A stretch of DNA of 64,000 bases from Schizochytrium sp. TIO01 (GCA_004764695.1 SMSO01000037.1:2766747-2830746); one strand, 5' to 3'; positions 35,630 to 46,939 are shown, counted from the stretch's first letter. The notes: generated by a model not told the origin, from the sequence alone. Program-made: numbers and translations.

Positions 35630-38117
35630 CGTGCTCTTAAAGTCCCTCAGATATATTGAACTTCAACTCTGATTTGAGTGCCAACCGATTTCCCGCTTTG
35701 GCGTTGCAGAGTACACTGCAAAGTCCTCCACGACGTCGATGGGAAAAAAAAAAAAGGCCACCTCGAATGAATGAGCCTCCGCTACCTAGTCCAGCGTGGC
35801 CAGCGTACACGGGCGCGCGACTACCGAGCCGAGCAACCAGGCAGGGCCTCTAGATTCGCTGCAGAACTCTTCCGCCACCCGAGATCCGATTTTGGCCACA
35901 AACAAGAGGTAGTAGCGTGTTTACCTGCGTATCGGCACTTGGTGTTCACCCAAGGAGGCGGTGATTGTGCTTCTCTTTCTTCTCTTTCACTCCATCTCTT
36001 ACTTCATTCACTTATATAATAACTAGGAGGTGCTACGCCTATTACCCTGTTTATGTAATGAATGATCTTGTAATGCTAAGCACCCATTTTATTTTAGCTC
36101 CTCTTCTCTTCAGGCTCAGCCGCTTGGGTGTAAATGGTCTCTTAGGCATCCATTCCAGTATGTGTACTTTATATGGGCTTGCTCACCCCATCAATCCCTG
36201 TTTGTGCTGTCTGATAAACCTGTTAATTAATTCATTTCCCCAAGATGGTGACTTGATATCAGAGACGATGACTCGCTTTTTTCTCCCTGCCTCGTTTCCT
36301 TACCCTGTTATTTTGGTAACGCTTTTGTCTCTGCCCACACTGCACTCTTTGTGAGGAAGACCAACCCAGTGGTGCCTGAGACAACACTGGGCTAGAGTCC
36401 CCCATTATAACTATTTTTAGTTTATCCGTGAGGTTATATCTTGTCTGCAGTGGAGCTGTGAGTGACAAGCGACGAAAGAAACGGTGAAACGTGCAAACTT
36501 TTAATTATAAAAGCCTTCTTTTAAAAACTTTTATAGGGGCATTACTGAAGATAAATTACTCCGATCGGGTAAACGGGAGAAAGAGAGGAAATCTGTAACA
36601 ACTTGCCAAATCGTTATTGCTCGCAGAAGATTTATCAAATTACGGGGAGTTTTGAAATATGAAGACTACTAACAGTTATAAAATGAAGAGGAAGAATATT
36701 CACTTTGTAAAATTTTAAAAGTGAATGTTCATGCATTCTATCAAAGAAGGGCCACTCTGTCAATAAGAATATATGTACATGCAGGAATCTGTGATGGCCA
36801 AACGAAAGCAGGTTCTAATAATCAGTTTCAAAGCCCCTTTGTTGAGGAACACATATACAAAAGGAAGGTAGGAAAAGACTGGTTGAATCTGTATGCTTAG
36901 TTTGCATACAAGTGTAGTGGTCGTTGAGTTTTCGGATAGTTAGTGAAATTGAATATCGAACGATACACTTCCTATGAGCTATATCTTGTATAAAACAATT
37001 GGAATTACTTCAAATTTAACCTAAGCATTAATAGCTTGAATTCGATCTAGTATAGCGTTGAGTTTCTTAAGAAACCTCGCTCTTTGAAGCTAAGATGAAG
37101 CGCGAACAAATTTGTCCGTGCAAACTTCGAGCCTCTATGTAAACCCTGTGCATATCATGTAGCTCATATCAGCATAACAAATAGCTTCCGATATATTCAA
37201 TACAATAACTGTGAAGGAAGATTAGCTTACGATATAGAAGGAGCTAAATTTGCATCACTGTAGTAGAATTCAGAGTATCCAGACTCTGAACAATGTTTTT
37301 CAATATAGATGAATTGCTTTAATAAATTTGCAATGCTACAAAGCAAAGCCGGCATCTACGTTTCCTAGTTAGTTGCAGTAAATTGCAATCAGTTTTGGTT
37401 AATGTCAGGTTCTTGAGAGGAACAGCTTCTGCAGAATTCCATGCTTGACACAGCATGCAATACAAGAGGGCGACCATTTGATGTGATCTTTGCCTGAATA
37501 ATGCCAAATTTATAGACCTTGTTGTTTAGAATCTTTATCAAGGACAAATTATTACTACTTCAGGTTAGGTTTTATACCCTGTCGTTATCAGCTTCCTTTA
37601 TAGTCAGCTGAGTAGATTTCATACAAATCTTTGCATTAGAACGAGTTACTCCAAGGAGGTTGGTTTAACTAAATTAGAGCCCTAGCTCTTTTAATGGTCC
37701 TATGTTCTTTATACTAAGGTATAGTAGACCCCGTGCAAGGATGTTTCATGCGGGTAGCTGTCTATTTATTTTAATTGCTGCTCATATGTTCCAAACTAAT
37801 TTTTTCCCGATGTATTTATATCTTTCGGGAAATAAATGCTTGGCTAGCGATAATAGAGAAAATATGTCAGACAGGTGCGTGCAAGTGACACCTGTGTGTA
37901 CAATAAACAAAGCAACCACGGCATTTTGCTGCAGCCGATATTGTTAGAAGAGGGATTGCAGTGACTATCCTAGTAAGTATTATTAGTAACACCTAATAGC
38001 TTATATAGGAAATAAAAGAAGAGCCGTTGACGTCTAAGGCAATTGATGTGACTCTTTGTGGTTTGAGAGTGGGTAAACAGTCCCCAAACTTGAGAGCTAG
38101 TGCTCTAAGATTACAGA

Positions 38118-40292
38118 ATGTTTGCGGGAGAAGAAAAGGGCAGCTTTGACGAAGCCAAAATAGCTGAGGACGAGCGGCTAAGGGCGGCTTTAGAGCCTAC
38201 TTTAGCTGACTTTCCACTCCTTGCTTGTGGTACAAATGGTCGAGGACATATGGGACAGGATCATGAGGTTGCTGGAAAGACCGCCATCCCGTTAGCAGAA
38301 GCAATAAGATTCTTCAAAAAGGACTTCCGTGTAGGCAGTGTCACTTGCGCAGGTGACATTTGCATGGTAACTCACCAATCAACTGGAGAGCTCTTAGTGT
38401 GTAATTGTGGAGACAAAAATCCGCATGCTAAGTTTGAGACTATGGGCATGGATGGATTGTTCATAGCATCTACAGCTAGCACAAATACCACACGATATGT
38501 TCTGACAGGCCAAAGGCAAGTTTATGTATGGGGGAACAACGTATATGGTCAGCTCGGCAGAAATGAGTTTGACGAGACCATGAGTTTACGAAAACCAAAA
38601 TTAGTTCGAGGTATATCAAGTTTCCGGGTTAAAGAGATTGCCGCAGGACGCTATCACGTTCTAGCTTTGACCAATGCCGGAGTTATCTTTGCTTGGGGTA
38701 GAAACAATGCTGGTCAACTCGGGCTAGGTGATCGCAAGAATCGAAGCCAACCTTGTAGCATTGATGTCCTTGATGGTTGTAATGTTTCACGAATTGCTGC
38801 GGGTCCCGAGACAAGCGCTGCAGTTGGCGATACTAAAATCGGTCGTCTCATGGGTAAACATATCAACGCAAAAACCGAAAAGCGTCTTTTGTTCACCTGG
38901 GGTCGAGCAGATGAGCATAGGCTAGGCCATACTCGGCGGGATGGTGACGCGTTCGATCTTGACGATGAAGACGAAGAGGAATACGAAGAAGAAGAGGATA
39001 GAGACAGTAATACAAATGATCCCAGTGGGGAGTCAAACACAGAAGAAAGTAAGACTGTCGAGTCTCTGCCACCCAAAACACTTAAACCAAATGCACCTGC
39101 TGTGCTTGTACCGGGGATGTCTCGCCCACATTATGTTCCCGTCGTAGCAGCCATGCGCGAGCTACCTGAACAGCCAGCTCTTGGAGAGGGCCATGGCGTA
39201 TGCCGCCTCTCATCTGGCCAGTGCGTCGCATGGGGTTGCAATCAATACGGGCAACTCGGCCTCGGGCACATGTATAACGAACACGAGCCTGTATTGATTG
39301 AGGCCCTAGCAAATATTATCGACGTAAAGACCGGGCCGCATCACACAGCTTTCTTGTCTTCACCTGGGGTGGTGTATACAACAGGATTTAACCACTATGG
39401 TGAACTTGGTCTAGGTGATAAGCAGATGCGGCTGACGCCTGCACCGATGATGCACTTGGCTTCAGAGGGGGTGAAACCTCAAGGCTTACAAACAGGTAAT
39501 TTTATGACTTTTATGTGGACAATTGTTGCAGAACCAGATGCATCGCTCAGCTTTCAAGAAGACCTACGTCAGCGCCAATGCCGGCTTAGTGGAAATCCTC
39601 GGGCGCCCGAAACAGTAGAACGTTGTGCACCATCAGATGGCTTTGCTTATATTGCCCTCGCTGGTCCGGCGGTCAGCAAGGGATCCTACACATGGACTGT
39701 TAGGATTGATAAAATGACATCTGGGGATTCTGCTCTTGGAGTAGGGGTTGCAGGTGCAGAAGCAATGGACCCTTTCATTTTTGATAATTTCGATCAGGGA
39801 ATGTCGTGGTTATTTATGAGTAATGGCGAAAAGATGCATGATTCAACCATCGAAGGATATTCTGAGCCATTTTATGAAAGAGATACAATTGGTGTCCACT
39901 TAGACGTAGAGTTAGGTACTCTACGTTTCTCTCGACGAGGGAATGACCTTGGACTTGGGTTTTACTTGACAGCAACCGAGCCGCTTTTCTTATGTGTGTC
40001 CATGCCATCCGAAGGTGATAAAGTGACACTACTTCCACCCGAGGACGATGAAGTCTCGGGTCTTCAGGATCCTGGAACCCTAGTATGCTATAATGACGAA
40101 GGTGTTCATAAAACAACTGGAATCGAGGTGTTTTACGAATGTGGGCCATGCGGTGTATTGCTTTGTCGGGCATGTGTCCGACATTGTTCGCATCGTCAGC
40201 ATCGTTGTGAACTGTATGTCAACAACAGAGCTGCTCATCAGCACTGTGAATGCGATCCAGTTTTATGCCAAGCGAAAAAACTACTTTTTTAA
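38118..40292 (+). CDS. RCC1-repeat / SPRY (B30.2) / UBR-box-like zinc finger protein (724 aa)
   Basis: RCC1 repeats: VYVWGNNVYGQLG, IAAGRYHVLAL..WGRNNAGQLG, WGCNQYGQLGLG, TGFNHYGELGLG. SPRY: GSYTWTVRI, DTIGVHLD..GTLRFSRRGNDLG. C-terminal C..YECGPC...LCRACVRHCSH.QH...CECD. Confidence 0.88.
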   Translation: MFAGEEKGSFDEAKIAEDERLRAALEPTLADFPLLACGTNGRGHMGQDHEVAGKTAIPLAEAIRFFKKDFRVGSVTCAGDICMVTHQSTGELLVCNCGDKNPHAKFETMGMDGLFIASTASTNTTRYVLTGQRQVYVWGNNVYGQLGRNEFDETMSLRKPKLVRGISSFRVKEIAAGRYHVLALTNAGVIFAWGRNNAGQLGLGDRKNRSQPCSIDVLDGCNVSRIAAGPETSAAVGDTKIGRLMGKHINAKTEKRLLFTWGRADEHRLGHTRRDGDAFDLDDEDEEEYEEEEDRDSNTNDPSGESNTEESKTVESLPPKTLKPNAPAVLVPGMSRPHYVPVVAAMRELPEQPALGEGHGVCRLSSGQCVAWGCNQYGQLGLGHMYNEHEPVLIEALANIIDVKTGPHHTAFLSSPGVVYTTGFNHYGELGLGDKQMRLTPAPMMHLASEGVKPQGLQTGNFMTFMWTIVAEPDASLSFQEDLRQRQCRLSGNPRAPETVERCAPSDGFAYIALAGPAVSKGSYTWTVRIDKMTSGDSALGVGVAGAEAMDPFIFDNFDQGMSWLFMSNGEKMHDSTIEGYSEPFYERDTIGVHLDVELGTLRFSRRGNDLGLGFYLTATEPLFLCVSMPSEGDKVTLLPPEDDEVSGLQDPGTLVCYNDEGVHKTTGIEVFYECGPCGVLLCRACVRHCSHRQHRCELYVNNRAAHQHCECDPVLCQAKKLLF

Positions 40293-40901
40293 TGTAATTT
40301 TGTTTTTATTCATTATAGCGTTTTGCAAGCATCATAATCCATCAAAGCGCTGTGACCTTCTGATAAGTATTCCCCCATCTATCTAGTATCGAGTGCCGTA
40401 CCAATTCATAAGTGGCTGGCTGGCTGCTTAGTTCCAGACTGCAAAAGCAAAGCTGCCGCGCTTTCCCAAATTTGAAAGATGATATGTTCGTTTGTTAAAT
40501 ATGTTCGAAACTGTAAAACAGAAAACGTTAGTGTAGTCTGTGTTTCCTCTTGCATGATTTATTAGATGGCTCGTGATCACCGGAGCAAAGTAAACTTATA
40601 CAGTGCAAAAAGTGACCCCCTCCTTTCTCAGCAAAGTAATTAGAGCATTGGATAATGTGTGACAAAATCCATAATGAAATCAACAAGAAACTGGTGAAAA
40701 AGGGTTATCAAGGTTTAAAAATTGTTTGACTCGCATTATGATTTAGTAAAGCACTAATTTGTTAAAAAGTGCAAGTCTACAAACCTGTAGTAGGTTTGGA
40801 TTAATGCAATGATGAGACTAGACTTGATTTCGCAAGAAAGCATTTGATGGCGCGGTTGGCCTTTAGCTACAATGCACAATTAGCGCGTCTCCCACCCCCT
40901 T

Positions 40902-41861
40902 TCAAGTCATTTGGATCATGCCCTCATGATCATCACGGCGAGAGAGGCGGTCTGCCTCTGTAAACTCTTCGTCGCCATACTTAGGGCTGCTCGGAGGAGG
41001 CATTTTATCATACTTCTTTGAGTGCTTAGGCAATAAGAAGAAGAAGCACGCAAGGAAGACACCGACGAGCATAACGATTGAAACAATTAGGATGGCAGCA
41101 GCACCTGGCTTGAGGCTCTGCTTGGCGTAAAGGGCAATATTTGTTTGAAAAACGCTGGGGTCACCTCCACCACAACCGCCATCATCTACATTGCCAACGA
41201 TTGGATATCCAACTCCATCCTTGTAGAAGTCAAGTGAGCTAAAGACACTGCAGTAACCTGTGTCGAAGTTCTTGAGCTGATAGTTGTAGACCACCTCATC
41301 GTTATAGCACTCACATCCAGCATTGGTGGAGGTTGTGCAAGGGCACTCAGCAACTTCGTAGCTCATTTCACCATACTCATCCTCCTTGTCATAGCAGCAT
41401 TTGTTGAAAAGAACACTCTCAAAGGTGTTGATTTCCTGGAGATCATTATCAGTTAGGTCATTGGAGTCCCGAACATCAGCAACATCCTCCAGATTACCGA
41501 TTTCAACAAACAAGAAGATTGAGAGGATCATGCATCCTAACAGTAGAACCGCTGAAAATAAGATATAGAGGCATAGGGAACAGCGATTTTGGTACAGAGC
41601 ACCAAAGAATCCCAAGAGACCCACAAAAATAAGCCCAAATCCAAGACCTAATGGCGTCCAGATAACGGTTGCACTGACAAGATCACTGAGACCCTTGTAT
41701 TCTACACCTAGCCATGCCGAGAGCGAGATCATCACAATGCCTGCGGCAATCATAAAGGAGTTCAGGCTCAACAAGTAGCACTTGGAGCACTTACGCGGGC
41801 CTCCATCTTGCTCATCAGGCTTCACTTCCGGCGAAGCAGGTTTGCTCTTCTTGCCTCCCAT
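40902..41861 (-). CDS. Tetraspanin-family membrane protein (atypical CCY motif, predicted N-myristoylation)
   Basis: Four TMs with tetraspanin signatures (CYLLSLN, GLLGFFGA..NRCSLCLY) and an 8-Cys large extracellular loop. N-terminus is MGGKKSK. Confidence 0.85.
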   Translation of the reverse strand: MGGKKSKPASPEVKPDEQDGGPRKCSKCYLLSLNSFMIAAGIVMISLSAWLGVEYKGLSDLVSATVIWTPLGLGFGLIFVGLLGFFGALYQNRCSLCLYILFSAVLLLGCMILSIFLFVEIGNLEDVADVRDSNDLTDNDLQEINTFESVLFNKCCYDKEDEYGEMSYEVAECPCTTSTNAGCECYNDEVVYNYQLKNFDTGYCSVFSSLDFYKDGVGYPIVGNVDDGGCGGGDPSVFQTNIALYAKQSLKPGAAAILIVSIVMLVGVFLACFFFLLPKHSKKYDKMPPPSSPKYGDEEFTEADRLSRRDDHEGMIQMT

Positions 41862-42754
41862 CTTTGTTATTCAGACCGGACAGAATCCACCCTATCTTCT
41901 CTGTGTTGCTGGACAAGCCAAACCTTCTACACGCCGACTCCACTGTATTCTTGATCCAAATCGACTTTGAGTTCTACTAGGAATTACAAGTATAAATGTA
42001 TTGTAGAGATTAAGCCTATCTTTGCTCGGGCCGCTTCCGCTGCTGCTTTGATCGACTCCAGCCACTCTCTCTCTCGAGTTTTAGCCTCTCTATGTTCAAG
42101 CTCCAGTCTCCACAGAAGCCAGGCGTGACTCCACCCACTAGCCCCTTTGCGAGTGGCGTCGCCTCCGGCCCTCTTCCGTGCGAGGAGTTCGTGTTTTGAT
42201 ATTCAAGTAATCGATCGATCTCAGTCTGAGTTTGACCATTTAGAACTCTAACAACCACAACATCAAGATTAAGAAGAGATTCCTAAGGTCCTCCTAACCT
42301 AATCAATAGTAAAGACGGCCTCAGAGTAGGAACTACTTGCACTCAAACAAGCCACCCAAGTCATGAATATCTGAGGCTTTTGTCCAGTTTCAGTCATACA
42401 AAGATGCCGTATTTGGTCCTGCTCCATGGAGGACTTTATCTGTCCTGGCACACAGTCCCGCTTTCCATCGGATGCCTCAGCTTCTTCTCTTTCTGCAGCT
42501 AGAATTCGAAGGATTCACACAAAAGTCACAATGACTCCATTCCCACTGTTAGGGCGCAGTTAGGACCCATATAGAGATAGTCCCTTCCTACTCACTTCCT
42601 CTTATAGATAAAAGTAGATACTGCATAGGGAGGGTTTTACTCACCATCGCAATCTAAGCTTTTAGTGACTAGTGAGTTTGGTATTGCTATCAGTAGTAGT
42701 GCGAGTTTTGAAGGGCCTGAGCTTCTTCGTCTCTCTGTTCTTCAAGCACGTGTT

Positions 42755-42780
42755 GCTAGCTAGCTAGCTAGCTAGCTAGC
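42755..42780. repeat. (GCTA)n self-complementary microsatellite
   Basis: gctagctagctagctagctagctagc. Confidence 0.85.
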
Positions 42781-43630
42781 GTTAATAGTAATAAATGGTC
42801 GTTCTCCGTGACAGGGGACTTAAACACGCAGGCTTTTGGCTAATGTGGAATAAATAAGCGGCGCAATGGTGGTGGTGATCATCGACTGCATGTTCTATAG
42901 CACCAGGAGGGTACACAGTAGGTGATGGGTGAGGAGATAGGTCACCAGGATTGGATATGCTTGTGCATGCATGCCAACTTCTGAGATTCATGTATTTCTG
43001 ATTATGACCCGTACGTCGTTGACAGAAGGGAGATGAGGGTTTGTTTGCTAGAAATTTACTCGAGAAAGACAAAGGCAAGATTATCCCAGGGTTTCGGAAC
43101 ACATTAATTTTGTTTGTTATTTCACTTCTTTAAATACTCAAAGTGAGGGTCGTCTGCAAACCTATGATACAGTTCCTTTGTTAAATGTACAGTGTCGTTT
43201 CTAATTTGGCGACGGCAACAAATCGTAGTGTGGTTAAACATATCGATACAGCCAGGGACTCAGGATTGTGCCTATCGTTTTCAATAAACTGGTATCTAGG
43301 TGGGTAACTGTCACTACTGCTATTGATGAAAATGCCTTCACCTTCCGTACGTTATGTAACCCACGTTGTAGATATGATATTTGATTGTGCGCGTTATATT
43401 TATTTGTACAGATAAAATATCATGACACAAATCAGGTTAAAAAATATATATTCTACTAAACAGAAGGACAATTAGCTAAGTGAGTTCACCTTGGCTTGAC
43501 TTTGGTGCTCTAGATTCGAGGTAAGTCTACTTTTAAAGTTGCAACGTTCGATGCTTCGCCATTGACAGATACCCGCAAAACCGGGAACTTCATTACCTTG
43601 TGTAGGCAACTATGCTTCAACCGAGAACGA

Positions 43631-43736
43631 GCAACTATGGCCAAGTGGTAAGGCGCTGCACTTGTAGTTCATCTAGTAGTTAACTACTAGATGGCAATAT
43701 ATGCAGTGATCCAGAGTTCGATCCTCTGTAGTTGCA
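43631..43736 (+). tRNA. tRNA-Thr(UGU) with a 34-nt intron (43667-43700) at the canonical 37/38 position
   Basis: Acceptor GCAACTA/TAGTTGC plus discriminator A. D arm GCC-AAGTGGTAA-GGC; anticodon stem CTGCA/TGCAG; loop CT-TGT-A^A; T arm CAGAG-TTCGATC-CTCTG. Mature length 72 nt, followed by a T7 run. Confidence 0.92.
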
Positions 43737-43739
43737 ATA

Positions 43740-43746
43740 TTTTTTT
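43740..43746 (+). terminator. RNA polymerase III oligo-T terminator
   Basis: TTTTTTT 3 nt downstream of the tRNA discriminator. Confidence 0.75.
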
Positions 43747-44665
43747 AAAATTATTTTTTGTTCGGTTTCTTGTTGTTTAGAGAGTACTCTAAGCTCCAAT
43801 AATCTGTTTTTATTATTATTGCTGTTCTGTGGAACACATCGAGGCTAGTGACCCTTACATTGGCGTGGCCCCATCAACAGTATGTATAGAATCTATACAT
43901 ATAACAAAGGTAGGTAGGTACTCTTTCTGCTTTATGATTACTCTTCATGTCGCAGAATAATCAAATCAACAAACGTACAAAGTCAAGAGAGACATATAGT
44001 AGCTAAGTTCAAGTTATTGAGATTATCTTTCTGTGGTAAATCTAGTAAGACTGTGGATCTCCTGTTGAAAGAACAAAACAGAAAGAAACTCATCGCGTTA
44101 ATGTTGCGTGCCATTTTATCGCAACCAATAGCCCTGTCTACTTGGCGATCTCTGAGCAGCAAGTATGTGCAAATGACAGAATTAATACAGTTCCAGCATC
44201 TAGTTTGACTTGATTATTAAAACAACTTCACGAAGGCATTAGTTGTAAGCCGGGAAATGCTTGATTAAATTAATCACGCATGTAGACGTTAAAGACTTTT
44301 TTATATTTTACAAAATGATACAGACTAAAAAGCTTTATTTAAGCCTAGGTTTTCCATAGGAGGTAGCATTCAATCCAGTCTTGGTTTAAAGATAATAAAC
44401 ACAATGAGAACATCTTTCCTTGGCAAACAAATACATTAATACAAGTGAAAACATGCACGTCTGCAATGACAAATGCTTGAACTGATAGCAAAGATATAAA
44501 GTGAGAGAGTGAAATAATTATTAAATGAAATGTTTCTGTAAAGAAAGAAAATTGAAGGTGTATGCAGGCGGGGCGTGACAGTGACGGAGAAGATCCGCGT
44601 TGGCTTGAGGACTTATTTTACCGACTCGAGTTACAGATATGAGGTTCTGCTATTGTTGCAGGCAT

Positions 44666-46939
44666 TTAAACATCGTTGGGGCGAACAGTGTTCGAGTCGT
44701 TCTTGGCCTGGTTCTCGTCAGATGCCTGAGAGTCCTTGTCAGCGGTACCAGTCTTGGACTTGTCATGCACCCAGTACTTGCGGTCTTCGGAGCGGAAGAA
44801 GAATTCCGCAATCAAAAACCAGATGTAAGAGCAAATACCGATGACACTAAGGTACACAAAGGGGTAGAGACCTGGGAAATCAGTGATGACACCCTCCCAG
44901 CACAAGTTGAGCTCTGCGTTACCAAAGGATGCACACGTGGCTGGCTCATTGAGGGTAATGTTCTCATAAACCTCCGAGAAAACGCTGAATTCAGAAGCAT
45001 CGTAGTTGAGCATATCCGGGTTGGCCTCCACAAGGTCATACAGAGTTTGATTGCAAGCATCGGTGCCTTCATTGCAAGCAGCCATGTTCTGGTACAGAGG
45101 TACATCAGCTGCATATAGTGAGATATCAAATCCTGGGCAGCCGTAGTACTGATTAAACAACGAAGCGGCAGCTTCACCAAGGCGAGACTCAAGAGCACTT
45201 GTACTGACGCACCACTCACGGTCCATTTCGAGCGTGCTGGATCCACCAATACCGCCACCGCCTTCGCAAGAGCCATCACGCGTGATCAGGCCTGCATCTA
45301 CAAAATATTGTGGAACAATCGGACGGGGCTCCGGGTTATTGTACGGAATGTACTTGGAGGTCTTGGCAGCGAATTTGGGACTGAGAGCGCCAAGAGTGCA
45401 CTCGGAGGCCTCGTAGTAGAAAGGAAAGGAGCTGTCGAGGACACGGCCGGAAGAGTTGTCAGCATCATAGGTTGGGCAGGTCGCGACACCGCACTCGCAA
45501 GTGTTGATCGGGTTGGTGGAGCTGTAGTCAAGCGGGACGCAGCTCACATCTGGGGTAAAGGGCTCAATGTACATGGCAAAAGTGTTGCCAAAAAGCAAGA
45601 TACCAACGAGCTTGGAGAATGCCTCGGAACTACGCACTGCGCCTGCCAAAGCGCCCTTCTCGGTAGCAGGCACCTGGCCCATGATAAGAGAAAGCTCAGT
45701 GGGCACTACGGGCGAAGCGAGGAAGGAAAGTCCAACAGCAATGTAAGAGAGGTTTGCAGAGGGCGCAAAGGCAAATGCAATACCAACAAGGATGGTCCAA
45801 ATCATCGAGAAATGAATTGCACCCTTGAGACCAAAAAGCTTGACAAGAATTGGAGTGAGAAGGGCTGCACCAAGAGCAGATCCGAGCCAGATCATAACGG
45901 TAAACATGATGAAGAGATTGACTTCGGACTGCGTAAAGCGGCGCAACCACCATCCTCCAGTCACAGCTTCCATAGCACCGACACCCATCCAGGCGAAGGC
46001 AGCAGAGGCCCAAAGGCAGGAGAGGTATGCGCTGCGCTTGATGAGGGCAACGAATCCAAACGGGTTAGCACGCTTCCAGTCGATGATTCGTGTACGCTCA
46101 TCACGGTGGAGTGACTCCGGGAGGAAGAAGAGCATAAGAATGGCTACGAGAGATGAGAATCCAAGACCAACGCCATACGAAATGTTAAAGAGTTGGTTGT
46201 AGGGTTCAATGGCAGCCTCGCCTTCCTCAAGGTCTTTGCCTGTAGTGGCTTGGCTGATGGCAAGACTGATGAGAGCACCAGTGAGCAGACCGAGAAAGTA
46301 GCCGAATCCTTGGAGGATACCCATGTTGGTGGGAAGGCGATCTGGGCGAGATACATCTGAGATATATGCGATACCATGCGGTGTAACAGGGGAGCTTGCA
46401 CCGAGGCACATACCACCAAAGATGAAGAGGCCAAGTGTTTGAGTGTTCCATCCGATGAGAAAGAGGGCTCCAGCGCATGCATAGCCAGAGAGGGCGCCGA
46501 TGAGGAGAGGGCGTCGGCCCCAACGATCAGAGAGTGTGCCTACAAAGGAGCCCATAAGGAAGGTCATTGTACGAAGGAGGGAGAGGGTAAGAGTGAGCTT
46601 GCGCTGGGACTCGTCGGTTGCGGCAAAGCAATCATCTTGGACTTCAGGGTCGCATCCTTTGACCTGCTGGTTAACAATTAGATGAATCGAGAGAGGCATA
46701 GCGATGAAGAGCATTAGCACATATGAGCCGGCGGCGGTAAGCACCGCAAAGGTTACAAGTGCGACTTGACGCTGCTGACGGCGAAAATTCTGAACCACAG
46801 ACTTAGAGAGCGACCCATCATTGACAGCCGTGGGGTCCTTGACTGTGGCAGTCGCAGCCGCGGTGTCGGGCACCTCAGGAATGACCTCATTGTCCCGGAC
46901 CTGCTCCAGGCTGCTCGTGTTGTCGCCGCTGCCGAGCAT
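44666..46939 (-). CDS. MFS transporter (TetA/MFSD14-like) with large Cys-rich TM11-TM12 loop; paralog A (757 aa)
   Basis: Motif A GTLSDRWGRRP, AYISDVS, LPESL, ANPF, QVPATEKGALAG (TM11) and FPG (start of TM12); 12 hydrophobic segments; ~232-aa insertion before TM12. Confidence 0.9.
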   Translation of the reverse strand: MLGSGDNTSSLEQVRDNEVIPEVPDTAAATATVKDPTAVNDGSLSKSVVQNFRRQQRQVALVTFAVLTAAGSYVLMLFIAMPLSIHLIVNQQVKGCDPEVQDDCFAATDESQRKLTLTLSLLRTMTFLMGSFVGTLSDRWGRRPLLIGALSGYACAGALFLIGWNTQTLGLFIFGGMCLGASSPVTPHGIAYISDVSRPDRLPTNMGILQGFGYFLGLLTGALISLAISQATTGKDLEEGEAAIEPYNQLFNISYGVGLGFSSLVAILMLFFLPESLHRDERTRIIDWKRANPFGFVALIKRSAYLSCLWASAAFAWMGVGAMEAVTGGWWLRRFTQSEVNLFIMFTVMIWLGSALGAALLTPILVKLFGLKGAIHFSMIWTILVGIAFAFAPSANLSYIAVGLSFLASPVVPTELSLIMGQVPATEKGALAGAVRSSEAFSKLVGILLFGNTFAMYIEPFTPDVSCVPLDYSSTNPINTCECGVATCPTYDADNSSGRVLDSSFPFYYEASECTLGALSPKFAAKTSKYIPYNNPEPRPIVPQYFVDAGLITRDGSCEGGGGIGGSSTLEMDREWCVSTSALESRLGEAAASLFNQYYGCPGFDISLYAADVPLYQNMAACNEGTDACNQTLYDLVEANPDMLNYDASEFSVFSEVYENITLNEPATCASFGNAELNLCWEGVITDFPGLYPFVYLSVIGICSYIWFLIAEFFFRSEDRKYWVHDKSKTGTADKDSQASDENQAKNDSNTVRPNDV

